A program made the position numbers and the translations under genes. DNA of 48,129 nt, counting the filler, from Basidiobolus ranarum (Eukaryota), in NCBI GenBank assembly GCA_040143965.1. It is 2 parts of 2 records of this genome, joined end to end, with 100 filler letters (N's around TTAATTAATTAA, not from the genome) between each part and the next. Parts side by side here need not be neighbours in the genome. Positions count along the whole stretch, not along the records: positions 24,146 to 48,129 come from JASJQH010007034.1; 1 more part is not named here. The stretch is one strand, 5' to 3'. How positions within the stretch are numbered: position 1 is the first letter of the stretch; each line of letters opens with the position of its first letter. This document shows, one piece after another, positions 26,057 to 39,258 of this stretch. Below the pieces are notes generated by a model. It was not told the DNA's origin. It ran no database searches and was given only the letters and a program-made list of their open reading frames with translations.

Positions 26057-27319
26057 ATGTCGGATAACGTTGTTCACGCTTTAGCTGGTCAGTATAGGGT
26101 TCATGCAATTGGGCAATCATAAAACTAACTTATGGACTGTAGGTGCCGGTGGTGGTATTATCTCTATGTTGCTTACCTACCCTTTGGTCAGCATCAGCTC
26201 ACGCCTTCAGGTGCAAAAAGATACCACTAGCCCAGATTCCTATAAGGTGCCTTTTTAACAGGATATGGTCCTCTACTCTTTACTAAATATTGCTTTGATG
26301 AAATGAAGGATGGTGTGGACGCCTTTGAAAAAATCGTGAAGAAAGAGGGTATTCCTGGACTTTACTCGTAAGTGGCTATGCTCACCCTCAACAATTTCTG
26401 AATACTTACGTTATCCTAGTGGCTTGAACTCAGCTCTTTTTGGCATCGCTGTCACAAATGGTATAGGAGATTATTAGAGTTCTCAAATGAAAATCAATGC
26501 TGATCCTTGATTATTTTTTTAGGTATCTACTACTTCTTCTACGAATGGACTAAATCGAGCTTCGAAAAAACTGCCAAGAGCAAGTCCTTGACCACTGGTC
26601 AGAGTATGATTGCTGGTGCCCTTGCTGGTAAATATGTGGTCCACTATACGATCCATCAGATCCAAAGCTAAGATTGTTTGTTTTTGCTAGGTGCCGCTAC
26701 TTGCATTACAACCAACCCTATCTGGGTAGTGAACGTAAGTACTTCCCTGGCTGGATGGCTATCACTCCGCTCCCCCACTAATCGCAAATATTACTACTAG
26801 ACTCGTTTGACTACCAAAAAATCTTTTACCAATGGTGAAAGTGAATCACGTCCGGCAGGAACTATGGAAACTTTAGCTCGTATCATCAAAGAAGACGGAA
26901 TCACCTCATTGTGGCAGGGCCTCGTCCCCGCTCTTTACCTAGTCGTGAATCCAGTGATCCAGTACACAGCCTTTGAGCAGGCCAAAAATTGGTTGGCCAA
27001 ACGTAAGGGTGCGCTTGGGAATATTGACTTCTTCCTTCTCGGAGCCTTCAGTAAACTTATTGCCACAAGTCTTACTTACCCATACATCGTTATCAAATCA
27101 AGAATGCAATTGAAGCAATCTAGTGATGACTCTCAAAGATACAAATCAGTCTTGGATGGCTTTAGAAAGGTGTTGAAGCACGAGGGCGTGTCAGGACTCT
27201 ACAAGGGTTTGTATTATAAATTAGTTCAAAGTGTATTGACTGCAGCTTTCTTGTTCATGGCTAAAGAATCTCTCTTCAAATATACTTTGAGAATCCTGAT
27301 GTTAGCTAAGGTGAAATAA
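26057..27319 (+). CDS. Peroxisomal carrier of the mitochondrial carrier family (PMP34/SLC25A17-PMP47-like), multi-exon
   Basis: MSDNVVHALAG|AGGGIISMLLTYPLVSISSRLQVQK, GIAVTNG|IYYFFYE, AATCITTNPIWVVN|TRL, LWQGLVPALYLVVNPVIQYTAFEQ, LIATSLTYPYIVIKSRMQ, KLVQSVLTAAFLF. It has three carrier repeats with PMP34-type signatures. Confidence 0.9.
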
Positions 27320-27667
27320 TCGACATACATGCATTATTTTAAAATAAACCAATCATTCTTTTCACTTTTCGACAAGCCACTCCCTTAACATTCTGTTACG
27401 TAACCTAAACCAACTTGAGATGGTTAATTATAAGTTTGATTTAGAAATCAATGTACTAATAGGGGAAGCGACAATTAGGATTGGATCTGGAACAACATGG
27501 ATTTCCATAGTCTCGCCAAGTCAAGCTTTGGGCTAAAATAGTAAACTCAGCGTAGAGTAAACAACATACTGAGAGTCATTATACCCGCTTCACTTAATAT
27601 TTCTCGGTTAGAGACTTGATCCAAGTGAATTCTACCTCCTTCTCTTTCACTTATATAATCGTTCATT

Positions 27668-30600
27668 ATGACTGACGGTCCCCTGTCCATGAATGAATCT
27701 GTAATTTCTAGCGGAGGTACGTAACACCAACCCTTCAATAGAGAAACCTATCTCCTAAACTGTTACGGGAAATTTGTAGAAGAACTCTCTGAGAGATATC
27801 AGAAATTATTCCACGAATACTCAAGGTTTGAATGTAAACTAAAACATTTTCCAACCGTTCAAAAATAACGTTTGCCTACCATTTTTATAGAATAAAAGCA
27901 CAACATTCAGTACTTAAAAAGGCTATTTTAAAGGTAAAAGTGCCACATTTCTGTTGGTTAGATGGACCGAATTTCAGTTTGTAACGAAGGAGAAACGAAA
28001 AATACTCCAACCTTTCCTTCTTTTTTACATTCTGAAAGAGACCTGCTTTGTCTTGAGGGCCTCTCTCTTTTATTCCTTAATTCTAATATATGATCCTTCA
28101 GGAACAAAACCAAAATGTCGCCTTAGCTGTGGATAATAAGTCGAAGGAGCAAGAGCTTCGTAAAGTAAGAGATTTTCACGTTCCCATTATTTTTACTTTT
28201 GACAAGAAACTCAAGTTTATTTTCACCAATTCTACCTGGCCTTTTTCTTATATATATAGATCTTACAGCAACTAGATACTTTAAACTTTCACAACCAACG
28301 ACTCACTAAACGCATAGAAGACTTACAAAAAAATGGTTCTCCAGTACGAGATTAATCATATATCGACATTAACTTGTATTCTTTTTAAAATCTCGATTTT
28401 CCCCTTTCACTATATAGAAATTATCTGGTCAATGGTTATTACGTGCCTCGGCTAAAAAAGAATTGGAGAAACAACGAATAACCTTGGAGGCAACTACACT
28501 CGATCTTCAAAGTAAAATTGAAGAAAATGGTATTCACTAGTTTAACTTGGATAGTTCATCTTCGTTGAGTTTAAATTGGGTTGAAATCTAGAGAATTTGC
28601 ATAAGGAGATATACGAGATTCATAGCTTATATACCGAACAATTGAACGTTTACCAAAAGAAAGTGGACGAATTGGAGAAGGAGAGAAATAGTTTGAATGT
28701 AAGAGATGTAGCGCACGTCAAACAGAGTAATCGTGCTAACAGGACGTCTATACTTAGGAGGAGATAAATCAATCCCAAATGATGAATGAAAATTCCATTC
28801 TAGCATTGAAAAGTCAGAAGAAAGACGCCGAGCTAGAGATTAAGAAGATCAAAGAGGATTTAGATAGGTAGACACTCAATCCTTCACACTCTTAGGACCT
28901 TACTTATCATGAGTGTCTCTGCTTATATTAGGACTAGAGAAAATCTAACCAGCGTCAAAGAGGATATAATGAGGAGATCAAAAATGCAAATAGAGCAGGT
29001 GGTGGTCGTAAAGCAATTGATCGTCACTCTAAATCAATACGATCAGCTCTACCAACAGCTGTTTGCACACAGCCCGAAGGTATGTGATTAATATAATCCA
29101 CAGATATCCCTCACTAACGCGTATATATGTTGTGCAGCCTGGTTATAAAGCGATATTCTACCAATGCTCCAGTCTATGGACTAGCCTAAGAGATTCATCG
29201 CGACTCGTTCAAGAGTCTCTTGATCCCCAGAATAATATGGTGAGTGCTTCCTTACTTTTCTATTGGGTTGATTGTATTCCGAATTAATGATTATTATATT
29301 ACTCAGGGCTCTGAAAACTCCACATTCGAAGAATATCTTATCAACGAACATCTTTCAGTTAGTCACGACGACCAAAAGAATTCGATGGATGTAAGTCTAA
29401 GAGTTTGTTACTTTCGGAAGTTATCGCCCAATTCTGATGGAATTTTAGGTTTTTTGTACACCTGCGAATGTCCTTTTAGCAGTTCAATCTGTGCTGTCCA
29501 TATATGATAAGTTGCTTAGAGTCGCATGTGAGAAGTACGTATTTTTTGCTGTATTTGGTGTCTGTTAGCCCAGCACTCAAATCGTATGAATTGTTAGCCT
29601 CATAGAAGCGACTATCTTGGACTGGCAGAGCGGCAACTTCGAGAGGATCTCATTGAAGTGTACGAGTGACGAATTTTCTGAGCTTGCCCGGGAGATTAAC
29701 AGCAAAGGTTTGAGCGGAAATAAACAAATTAGATCATTAGCATAATAGTAAGATAGATGGTGATTTGATAGTGAAGGCTGGTGCCGGCACAATAGCAATC
29801 GAAGATGAAGAAAGAGTGAATCTAATTAGAAAACTAATAGCAGTTCGAATTGATGTTGAAGGTAAGCCCTACAACAAATTGGTTATTCCGGAACATCTTT
29901 TCATATCATCTCTTTCTAGGTTACATTAAAAGTATAGAACAGAATCCAGACGAGGTCAAAGAAAGTCCACACTACACACTGCTAAAAGTATTGAACGAAA
30001 ACTCAGGTAAGAGCAAAGGTTTCCGATGTCACGAGGACGCTCATCTTATAAATATCTTAGAACATTTAAACGGGATTGTCCAAAGTATTCTCCTAGCCAA
30101 CTTCAATCCAGTCGAAACTAATGGAAAGGTAAGCAAAGAACGCACCTCACTTTGCGGGATTCTTTATTTCCCTAAACGCTTTACTTATCAACATTCACCT
30201 GGTCTATCTAGAATCACACTTCCTCTCCAAGTATTGGTAAAGGATTTGAAGAGTCGTTTGAAGAATGCTTGTCCTATCATCATATCCTAGTATCAAGATT
30301 ATCTGTGCTTCAAAGTATGAACTTGAGAGTAGTATTCACCAAGCACATCCATAATTCTAACCGTTATGAAATTAGCGGAAGTATCTCAACTGATTAGCAT
30401 CAGTCTCGATTTGCACCGAAAATACGATCAACTTCAACAGGATTCTACCATTCAAAGGGACAAAAACATCCAACTAGAATCGGAGGTGAATAACCTCAAA
30501 TCCATTATAGCGAATTACGAGGTAATGATCATGGATCAGATGGAATTCGAAACTTTACCTTTAACCCCCTTTCCTTTAAGAACCCTGAAAGCCCTGATCA

Positions 30601-31524
30601 AGCCGTAGAGCCCGAGGAGCAGATAGAACTAGTCACTGTTGAAGCATCCACTCAAACCACTGAGGTATCCCAAAATGACGAACTCCAGTCAGCTGAGGAA
30701 GTAGTTACCAATGGAGCAGAGGAAGAGTCAGTTCTATCGACTGACTCTAAGCCAAAGGAGATCGAGACCGGAAGTACTCACACACCTTCTCCGGAAAGAC
30801 AGGTATATTCTACAGTTCAATTGATGCTACACTCATGAAGCTCACAAATGCACCATTTTTAGATTGAACTTCCGGAAAACTTAGCGGAAAGTAAAGTGGT
30901 CAATGGATCGCTACCAACTATGGCATCCAATGATTTGGTAAGTTCCACAAAGCACCTTTAATCCTTAATAATTCGATCAAGGATGTCTAAATCACCTCAT
31001 TCGTTGTAGAATCCCGATCAGATGTCTAGAGAAGACCTCATCAAACGGCATTATGAAGGAAAATTGGCACAACTTTTGGAGCGGGTATGTCATTTAAAAT
31101 GAAGTGCAATGCGGCAATTTAGCCGAGTAAATTAACGCAACTCCGTTTAATAGACACAATACGCCGATAGCCAAGCATTGAGAATGCGTAAAGTATGTCA
31201 AGATCTAGCCAAGAAGTTAGAGGCCTCTGAATCCGAGAAGAAAACCTTACTCGAAGAACTCAATCAGGCTAAACAACAAATCTCTAGAGTTCAGGTATGA
31301 CTTTGCTTTATCCTTACATGATATGATGGATTGTTCATAGAATTATGTCGATTAGGATGAACTACGCACAACTGAGGAAAATTACAAGTCACAGTTAGAT
31401 ATGATGACTGAACGTAAGCCAATGCACATCTCTTTTATCTACATGAAGCTTATTGCTTACATATTGCTCATGAATTATAGACATCGCCCAGCTCAGTGCC
31501 AACGTCGAAAACATCCCTCAATAA
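27668..31524 (+). CDS. PPP1R21: PPP1R21 (KLRAQ / FERRY subunit Fy-2) homolog, long coiled-coil, about 20 introns
   Basis: Spliced N-terminus LSERYQKLFHEYSR|IKAQHSVLKKAILK|EQNQNVALAVDNKSKEQELRK|ILQQLDTLNFHNQRLTKRIEDLQ matches the KLRAQ domain. C-terminus REDLIKRHYEGKLAQLLER|TQYADSQALRMRKVCQDLAKKL...ISRVQ|DELRTTEENYKSQLDMMTEH matches the TTKRSYEDQ domain. TAA at 31522-31524. Internal exon boundaries were not all verified. Confidence 0.85.
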
Positions 31525-32845
31525 CCACAATATATCCCTATGTTATGAGCAAAAGCCTCATTCTTCACGTAGTAAGTGAAAGAAAGGCTCAATTTTGAGA
31601 AAATATCTACCTTTTAATATATGTATTCCATCTAGTCCCTTATTCAACACGTTTGATGAACACAAGTAAATTAATTGGTCGAGTTGTAATGAAAAGTAAC
31701 CAATATATCCCTCCTATTTTGTTCAATAAATATGGGTAACATCATTTTCGAGATGTTTCTAGGATAGCATTTACTTTTGATACAAGTGTCTACAAAAGAT
31801 CCGAACTGAAGTAAATCTCAAGCAAATGTTAGCATGAAATATTGCTCTAGTGTCCGTGGTTCGAACCCTCTGCATTTGAATCATTGATTGTGCTAAAATA
31901 GATAATAATAATAATACTACTAGTATGTATATAGTATAGTATACACCAAAGTCGTTTTATGCATTATGAATAACGATCAATCAATCGATCATAGCATATC
32001 ACAATCAGTACAATCAATGCTCCAGTGTTCAAATATTATAGATCAGCTTCTTCTGGAATACTTGGATCTTCCAATTTTGTAAATGGCTTTCAATGACCTA
32101 ATAATATTTTTCAATTGACTTGAAATTTCTCTACGTAAATTTAACCAATTTAGAAACATTCATATTCACCCATATATTCGCCATACTATAAGCTACTATA
32201 CATTGTCACCATTTATGACTGCAATAATCTCCACACATCAAATACACATTTAGTAAGAAGTATTTTTAATCCATTAAAATAACCATGCTCTAACTTTACT
32301 TCAAGGGTTCCATTTGGTCCTATTTAAAGCGACTACATGAATGGATCCAACTGAATGTGATAATAGAACTATTCATCTTGATTGCCATTAGAATGATATG
32401 ATTGTCTTCTAAATATTTTCCAATAGAGTTAGAAGAACTTATATCAACACAAAAGCATCATCTCTAATAACATTTAATGTATTGTACACAAATATAGCTA
32501 TGTTGAACTCTCTCCAAAGGGGTGAGACCATTATTGGAATAAGAGAATACATATAAATCAAGGTTTCAATAAAAGTCACATAAAATCTTATCACAGTGAC
32601 AGTCCAAGAATAAGCAGTTCCTCCAGTATAGAGAGCCAATATAACTCATTTTAATTCCGAAAATTATTGGAGAATTCGATAGTTTCTGAAACTACGGTTT
32701 TGTCTTGCTTAATATACCCAAAGGTGAAAGAAGCCTATTACTTGACAAATATTTGGCATGGTGATTTCTAGTTGGATTAGGCTAAGCACTGAATTTGTTC
32801 ATTCTAATTGTCAATGCGATTATATCTTTATTAAAGAAAAAATAT

Positions 32846-33700
32846 TTAGGCATTATTAGTTTCTGGAGGGCATTCATTGGGTTTGGTTGTGCACTTTTTG
32901 GGCTTTGGTATGCACTTTGTAGGTGCAGAGATAAAGGTAGGACTAACGGTTACAGTGGTACCGTCTCTGGTCATCATAACAGTTGCTGTAGATACACTTA
33001 TGGAGACAGAGCTTGTGGGTGTGTAACTCAAAGTACCCGTACGAATAATGGTGGAGGTATCTGGAGCAATGTTACGAGTAATCCTAGTTTCCCCCATTGT
33101 TTCCACAATGGTGACAGGATTGTCATAATGAGTACTCAATACACCATTTTCTGTGAAGGTTTCTGGATCTTGATCAGCAACGGTATAGGTTAATGTAGGT
33201 CCAGGGATTGTTCTGATCACTTGGCGTTGGTTAAAACTTTCTATGATCGTATAGATGTAAGAGTTTCCAAAAGTAGGACCAGTAACAGTGTAATAGTCGA
33301 GAGTTTGCCCACTCGTCAGTGTGTAAGTAGCGGATTTCTTTTGAATAGTTTCAGTAGCAGTTAAATACCAAAGTTCTCTAGTAGCAGTTTGTACTGGTAT
33401 AGATTGTATGATGGTTATATCGGGGTTTGATCTGGTGAGAACAGCCCCAGGTACGGTTCGGGTGATACCTCCATCCATCTCGGTCAATGTTGCAGCCATC
33501 AGAGTATCAGTAGTAACAAATCCTGGCACTGTATCCCTCTGTGTATGAGCTGGAATAGTCGCAGTGGCTAGCTCTGGATCTATATACAGAGTCAAAGTCA
33601 TGAATGGATACTCCACAGTTGCAGTGGATTGACTACGCACTGAAGCACTGAATGAGAGGGCTAATAAACACCATGTCAACTTCTGAACTTTGTAAGCCAT
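32846..33700 (-). CDS. Secreted Thr-rich protein (adhesin/mucin-like); intronless, 284 aa
   Basis: Signal-like MAYKVQKLTWCLLALSFSASVRS; very high Thr content with recurring (T/I)RT(V/I)PG-like motifs; short Cys/Lys/Pro C-terminal tail; no GPI-type hydrophobic end. Confidence 0.75.
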   Translation of the reverse strand: MAYKVQKLTWCLLALSFSASVRSQSTATVEYPFMTLTLYIDPELATATIPAHTQRDTVPGFVTTDTLMAATLTEMDGGITRTVPGAVLTRSNPDITIIQSIPVQTATRELWYLTATETIQKKSATYTLTSGQTLDYYTVTGPTFGNSYIYTIIESFNQRQVIRTIPGPTLTYTVADQDPETFTENGVLSTHYDNPVTIVETMGETRITRNIAPDTSTIIRTGTLSYTPTSSVSISVSTATVMMTRDGTTVTVSPTFISAPTKCIPKPKKCTTKPNECPPETNNA

Positions 33701-36618
33701 GTTGTTGGGAATGATAGAACTTGTTTGTTCAAGTGGGCCTCTTTCTGAATTTTATAGATTCTATGTAAAGATAGCTAGGTGGCTATTTTTATTGACAGAG
33801 TGGAATGAGGCTTCTGAATCGAAAATTGGTCAGAAAATAATCCACATTTCCATCAGTCGAAAGTTCTTAATTCTACTTTGATCCTTTCTTCCTATAGAGG
33901 ATGAAGGAAGAGCATAGTTTGGACAAGTCATACATTTCCTGTAAAGGCCTTATTGTAATGAAGTAGATGATCGAGAGGTTGGGTTTGACTTGTTAATTTT
34001 TTGAGTGATATTAATTGTTGGTTGGCTGATTAAACCAATCACGACCAAGTCATAGGTTATTAATAGTATAAAATAGCATGTTCATAAATAGATAATCTAG
34101 ATATGGTAGATGTTGGTCCGTGAGTTACTCATCCTATTGGGATATGGTTATTTACTTGAAACTGAAATTCGAAACCATAGCATTGACTACCCAAAGAATT
34201 TCATGATGGGCTGATTGCGATTACTAACCATTCGTCAAGTGGTGTAAAAACATATTTTTAGTGATTACTCAGTCAGTATGCCGTAGCAAAGCAATCCTCA
34301 ACAGTTGCGAATTTATTAGAAAATCTCATTTTCACTTCATTACTTGCTTGGATTTGTGAGTTTTTTTTACAAGCTGAAGTGGTTAGGTAACTCTAGCATG
34401 TTACCTCAGATGATCCATTCACCATATATTGCATATAAAACTATATAGTTAATATGATACAGCTTGTTACTATTGTTAGCAATATAGAGTAAATTGTGAT
34501 AGAGTCCAGTTATAATAGTGACAGTAATAGCAAAATCATGAGTGTCGCTTCCTACCTTGTTTATTAATAACTTATGGACATTCGAAAGAAGAGTCAAATG
34601 TGATATACTGGTCAAAATAGTCTGCGTAAATCAGTCCATTTGATCAATAGAGCTACTTCTGGCATACAAACTTCTATTACAATATAGTCAAGAAGGTATA
34701 TTGCAGCTCTGGCAAGATTCGCAGAGTAATAACTATTGGATGCAGATTTATTAAATCGCTATTACATACTTTCTGAAGTTCAAGATAAATTCGAAGTTAC
34801 TTGTACCAAATTCTTTTTGCGAACCAACGTATCATCAAGTTTTGGCATGCTAAACTCGGATCCAAATTTCATTACTCTCAAATATCATTTCTGGGAACTC
34901 TTAATCTCTAAAATAGTGAACTTGTAGGAGTCAACCTACTCTTCAATTTACACTGATAATATCAATTACTGCAGTATCATATTCTCAAATGCAAATTCAA
35001 ATCCGAGTAATGTTGAGATAATTGATAAGAAAATGAATAGCTTGTGTAATTCTGCTTGTAAACACTGGAGTTTCCCATGTACCACGTTTCACTATGCTCA
35101 TCAATAGGTACCATTAGAGCACTATAGATTAGAAAGTTGGACTACATTTGAAAGCAAAAAGTAGGGACCGAATACCTTCTCCTACGGGTTCAATTCATTT
35201 CTTCGCCGTATAGTTTGGATACAAATCAAGAAGTTAGGTAACACCTAAAAATATCCACATGGAAAGTACCAAGGGTTGGAAAAGGGGTACATGGAGCCAG
35301 GTTTAAATTCTACCCCTAGGTTATGAGAGTATTATGAAATAAACTTCTTAATCTATACTCAGGGTACGTATAGCCGAGAACTTGCTTGTATCTCTTTAAA
35401 GTAGTAGATGGGAACACAAGAGGTGTAACTTCAAGATGTGGTTGTTTACTTCAGTGTATTGCAAATACTTTTCCCTCCGCCTTCGTCACATCATTTCATG
35501 TAATACTATTACTCCTTTAGTCCAAATTTACAATTTACAGCCCATTCATCCATTTCAAGCTCCAAGATGCCACAGAAAACCCAAAACTTGGAGTAACTCT
35601 AGAAACCTGGATTTGTAAATTGGGCACCTCGAATACAATCTGATAATACCATATCTGAGATGATCTGATTAATACGATCCGACAATAGTTACAGAAGTAT
35701 TCCCATGTGTGCGACTACATGAGTACGAGCCTTGTGGTATTCCCAGCCCCACTCACTCCGAAGAAGATTGCCAATCAGAGTACGATTAAATTTTCGACAT
35801 CTTTGCTGCTTAATCTTTGGCGCCTCAAATCAGCTAGGGCTACCCCTACTTACCGTATTGAATTACGATGGAGTAACAGTGTCATGAAGTTAAAGATGAT
35901 CAACTTAGCCATTATGCCAAGGATACGACAATAAAATTCAACACTGAATGTGACGATTTGATTATTTTTTCCTCTACTACTATTGGTTCGTTAATAGGTA
36001 GAACTCCCGGAAAAAAGTTTCTGGAGCATTGATTATACACAATTTCGATAGTTATAGAATCTCTACTACTGCCGTTGACGAGACCATGGTCTTTTTTAAA
36101 TCCAAAGTTTTTTCGAAATCTGTCAAGTTATAACAATCCAACAGTGTCTAACGACTATCTTGGAAATTCTCTAAACTGGAAGGAACAAGTAGAAACCATT
36201 GCTGGTTCTTGTTATCCTGGTTTGTGCGCTATAATTTCACTCCCATGAACAAATTTGGATTTCGGTCTAGAATTAAGACACACATCATCCAAAAGCCAAT
36301 CCCCAAGTTTGGAAATTTCATCGAAAAAGGTATCGTTTAGTCCAAAATGGGGTTATTATTATTAGCTTATACATATGTGTATATAAATATTTCAAGTTGA
36401 CCAGAAATAATGCCAGTTTCACTTTTATGGCAATGATTGTAAGTAATTCGGAATGTGAGATCGAATCTTGATCGATAAACCGTCGTGTGACTAAATTTCT
36501 ATATACGATAGTTTCCTGGATCCATTGATTGGGGAGAAGAAATTTCGATATTCATGGATAAGTTAATAATGATTGCGCTTTGATATTTATTGAAATTTTG
36601 AATGAGATGAAGATGTAA

Positions 36619-38556
36619 TCATGTGGATTTGAGAGGGGTAAAAATCATTTGGGTTATAGGCATTCTAAGGAAAGTCTCTCTAAACAATTCAACTTTGGCT
36701 CCTGCTGGTTGTGAAATTTGATAATTCTTGACAGATAAAGCTAATACCGCTCTGACAACCTTCTCACCATAAGGTTGTCCTAAGCATTTACGTGGTCCAA
36801 GGCCAAAACGCCAGAGGGAATAACGATATTGAGCAGGCTTTAGGTCGTAGAATCTTTCGGGTCTGAAGTTATGACCATCACCTTCCCACACGGGGGCATC
36901 GTGGTTGAGTGCTAATGCGTCAATGATAACACTTGTCTGATTGATGCTCAAGATTAGAAAAAATGATACATTAATGTAGGTATTTGGGGATTACTTACTC
37001 CTTTAGGTATTCTGTACCCAAGAATGTTTTTCTCTTCATTAATAACTTCCGGGAGTGTATAAGCTGCATTTTTGAAAATATTAAGTAAATGTAGAAAAGC
37101 GTGAATATATTGAGTACTTACCTGATGTTGGTCTCATACGGGAGCTCTCAAGCATTACGTAGTGAAGGTAAGTGTTGGATCGGCATATGTAATCTTGGAA
37201 TTCCTGGGAATGTATGTCATCACCACAAGCTTCCATCTGTTCTAATACTTCCTTGCGAAGTTTCTCTTGAACATGAACATTTTCGGAGAGTGAAAGTAAT
37301 TGCCATGCCAGAGTTGAGGAAGCGACATCAATATTGGTGAACAAGATCTCATCAATTGTTTGTAAACACTTAATATGTCCAGTAAGTAGAGTGATTTAAC
37401 ATGATCAAAATAACTGACTCAACGAATACCTGCATCATGGTAAGTTTTCCCTCTTCAACAGCTTGGTACATATGAGAGGCTGGCGTAGCTTCACCGCTCT
37501 ATATGATAAAAGTATTAAAAGTAATTCTAGTTTACTATTAAAGCACTGCTCTACCTTCTTTGAGGATTCTACCATACGATGGTTGAAATCAGCCCACTCT
37601 TCGTGAAATTTATCCATTCGGCGGTTATTAACAGTAGGGAATAGTCTATAGAGTTTCAAGCGAGGTAGTCTCTCGGTGAAACATACGCCTACTAGTTTCT
37701 CATGATCTTCATTGGTGTCAATTAGAAATTGAATATCCTTTTGGGTTAAGCAATTTCCATACAATAGTTGAGCCACAAGAACGAAGGGTAAATGCTTGAT
37801 GGAATGAACAAGCGGGAACTCAAAGCCATTATCTGCAGTTCTTTTATCAATTAATGGACAGGTAGGCATATCATGAACCCAATCATTGACACTCTTGATT
37901 ATATTGGGAACCGTTGCATTGACCGCTTTATTATGGAAAAATGGATCCACTACCGATCTCATTTGCTTCCATTTCTCCCCGTGAATGAGCCCAACACATT
38001 CTCCAAGCATCATGTAGAAGAAATGTCCGATATTCAAACTTTGCTTCTTGGAGTGATTAAAGCCATCCTTGTAGTAAAATGCCACATCTTCTGGCTTAGT
38101 GAGGACCCTAGTAATTAATAAATGTCAATGACAACGGCGCCGTATCAACACATGTATCACTGTCTTACAATTCAGGATCGAAGCCATCCCATATGCGATA
38201 GATTCTCCCATAAGCCTTACGATAAGCAATACTGAGATCATAGCCATCCTGAAGACGAGTGTACCTATCACCATCAGGTAGATTTGGACGGGGCCCGGGA
38301 ACAGCATTTCCTTCATCGTTGATCCAGCGGTATTTATGAATGAGATACTCCTATAAAAACATATATCTATCCTTGAGAACGAGTTCAACTTGGCCAAGAA
38401 ATAAGATTGTCCTACCTCAGCAATATACTTCAGTATCTTCCATAATGACGGGAGAAACACTGGAAGAGTTACTGCAACCGCGACCAGAGAAATAACCCGA
38501 GATTGGTAGAATGTGCTCGAGGATTCAGCAAAGAATTGCAAGAGTGATGCGATCAT
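36619..38556 (-). CDS. Cytochrome P450 resembling GliC/SirC-type diketopiperazine-modifying P450s, multi-exon
   Basis: N-terminal TM anchor; spliced YGRIYRIWDGFDPEL|VLTKPED, MLGECVGLIHGEKWK, HLPFVLVAQLLYG, LQTIDEILFTNIDV (I-helix), ESSRMRP (ExxR), IIDALALN, FRPERF, RYSLWRFGLGPRKCLG (heme Cys). These blocks match my recollection of GliC (YRIWSG, LGxCVGLISG, LQTLDExLFANLDV, RYxxWRFGFGPRQCxG). The P450 call is firm; the subfamily call is less so. Confidence 0.9.
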
Positions 38557-39258
38557 TGGCTCAGCTACTGGTGTGAAATCAGTATGCTGTTATGGGTTCT
38601 GCTAAGGTGTTTATATACTAGTGCCCTTTCATGGATCACTCTAGTACCTTTTTGTACGCCCTTTAGTACGGCGTTAATAACCAATGGATTGTTTGCTAAC
38701 ACACGTTTCGTATTCAGATGAATGCTTTATTAATCGGGGAAAATGTTATGCGAATATTTTGAAAAAATAGGGGACTAAAGATGGATTGTTCATTTGCAGT
38801 CGATACTCGCCAATTAGTCATATATTTCCTTAATAGCTCATTGTGTAGTACCCACCATGGCAGAGTGCCATGGCTAGTACTTGAATTCAGCCAATGTCAA
38901 TACAAAAAGCTGCACTCATGGCATAAGGTACTGCCCGCAAAAGGAAAACATATGGTAGCATTCGACATCAACCGAGGGTTGGTACCGATGTATGCAAAAA
39001 AGTAGAAGAAAGACAATAAGACACTTTGGAAATTAAATGAAAAATGCTTAATGGGGAAACTTTGGTGGAAGTCCTTTTTTTATTTTTTACAGGTTTTTGA
39101 GAACGGTTGAGCTGAAAACATACCGCTATAACTGCCATAAATTGCCCTATTTCCTCAAACTAATCTTCAGACTCCTCGAGGCTTTTGTGATCCAAGTGGC
39201 AGTGCCAGAATTGACTTTTACAGTACCAGAATCTTTTCTCTATAAGCATACTTCCAAA
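38557..39258. promoter_or_regulatory. About 700-bp divergent promoter shared by the P450 and the unknown gene
   Basis: Head-to-head ATGs. TATATAAA on the minus strand at about 38610-38617 and TATAAG at 39241. A 35-bp dyad lies at 38847-38881, and there are eight GTAC cores. Confidence 0.65.

Noticed and set aside
31858-31868. GGTTCGAACCC, tRNA T-loop/B-box-like
   Set aside because: I could not build an acceptor stem, D-arm or anticodon arm around it.
32040-32640. Possible second transposon relic (AT-rich, CpG-poor)
   Set aside because: The frames I translated showed no transposase, RT or integrase motif.
32795-33193. 132-aa plus-strand ORF with a hydrophobic N-terminus
   Set aside because: It is antisense to the Thr-rich gene and its Gly/Cys/Ser bias mirrors Thr codons.
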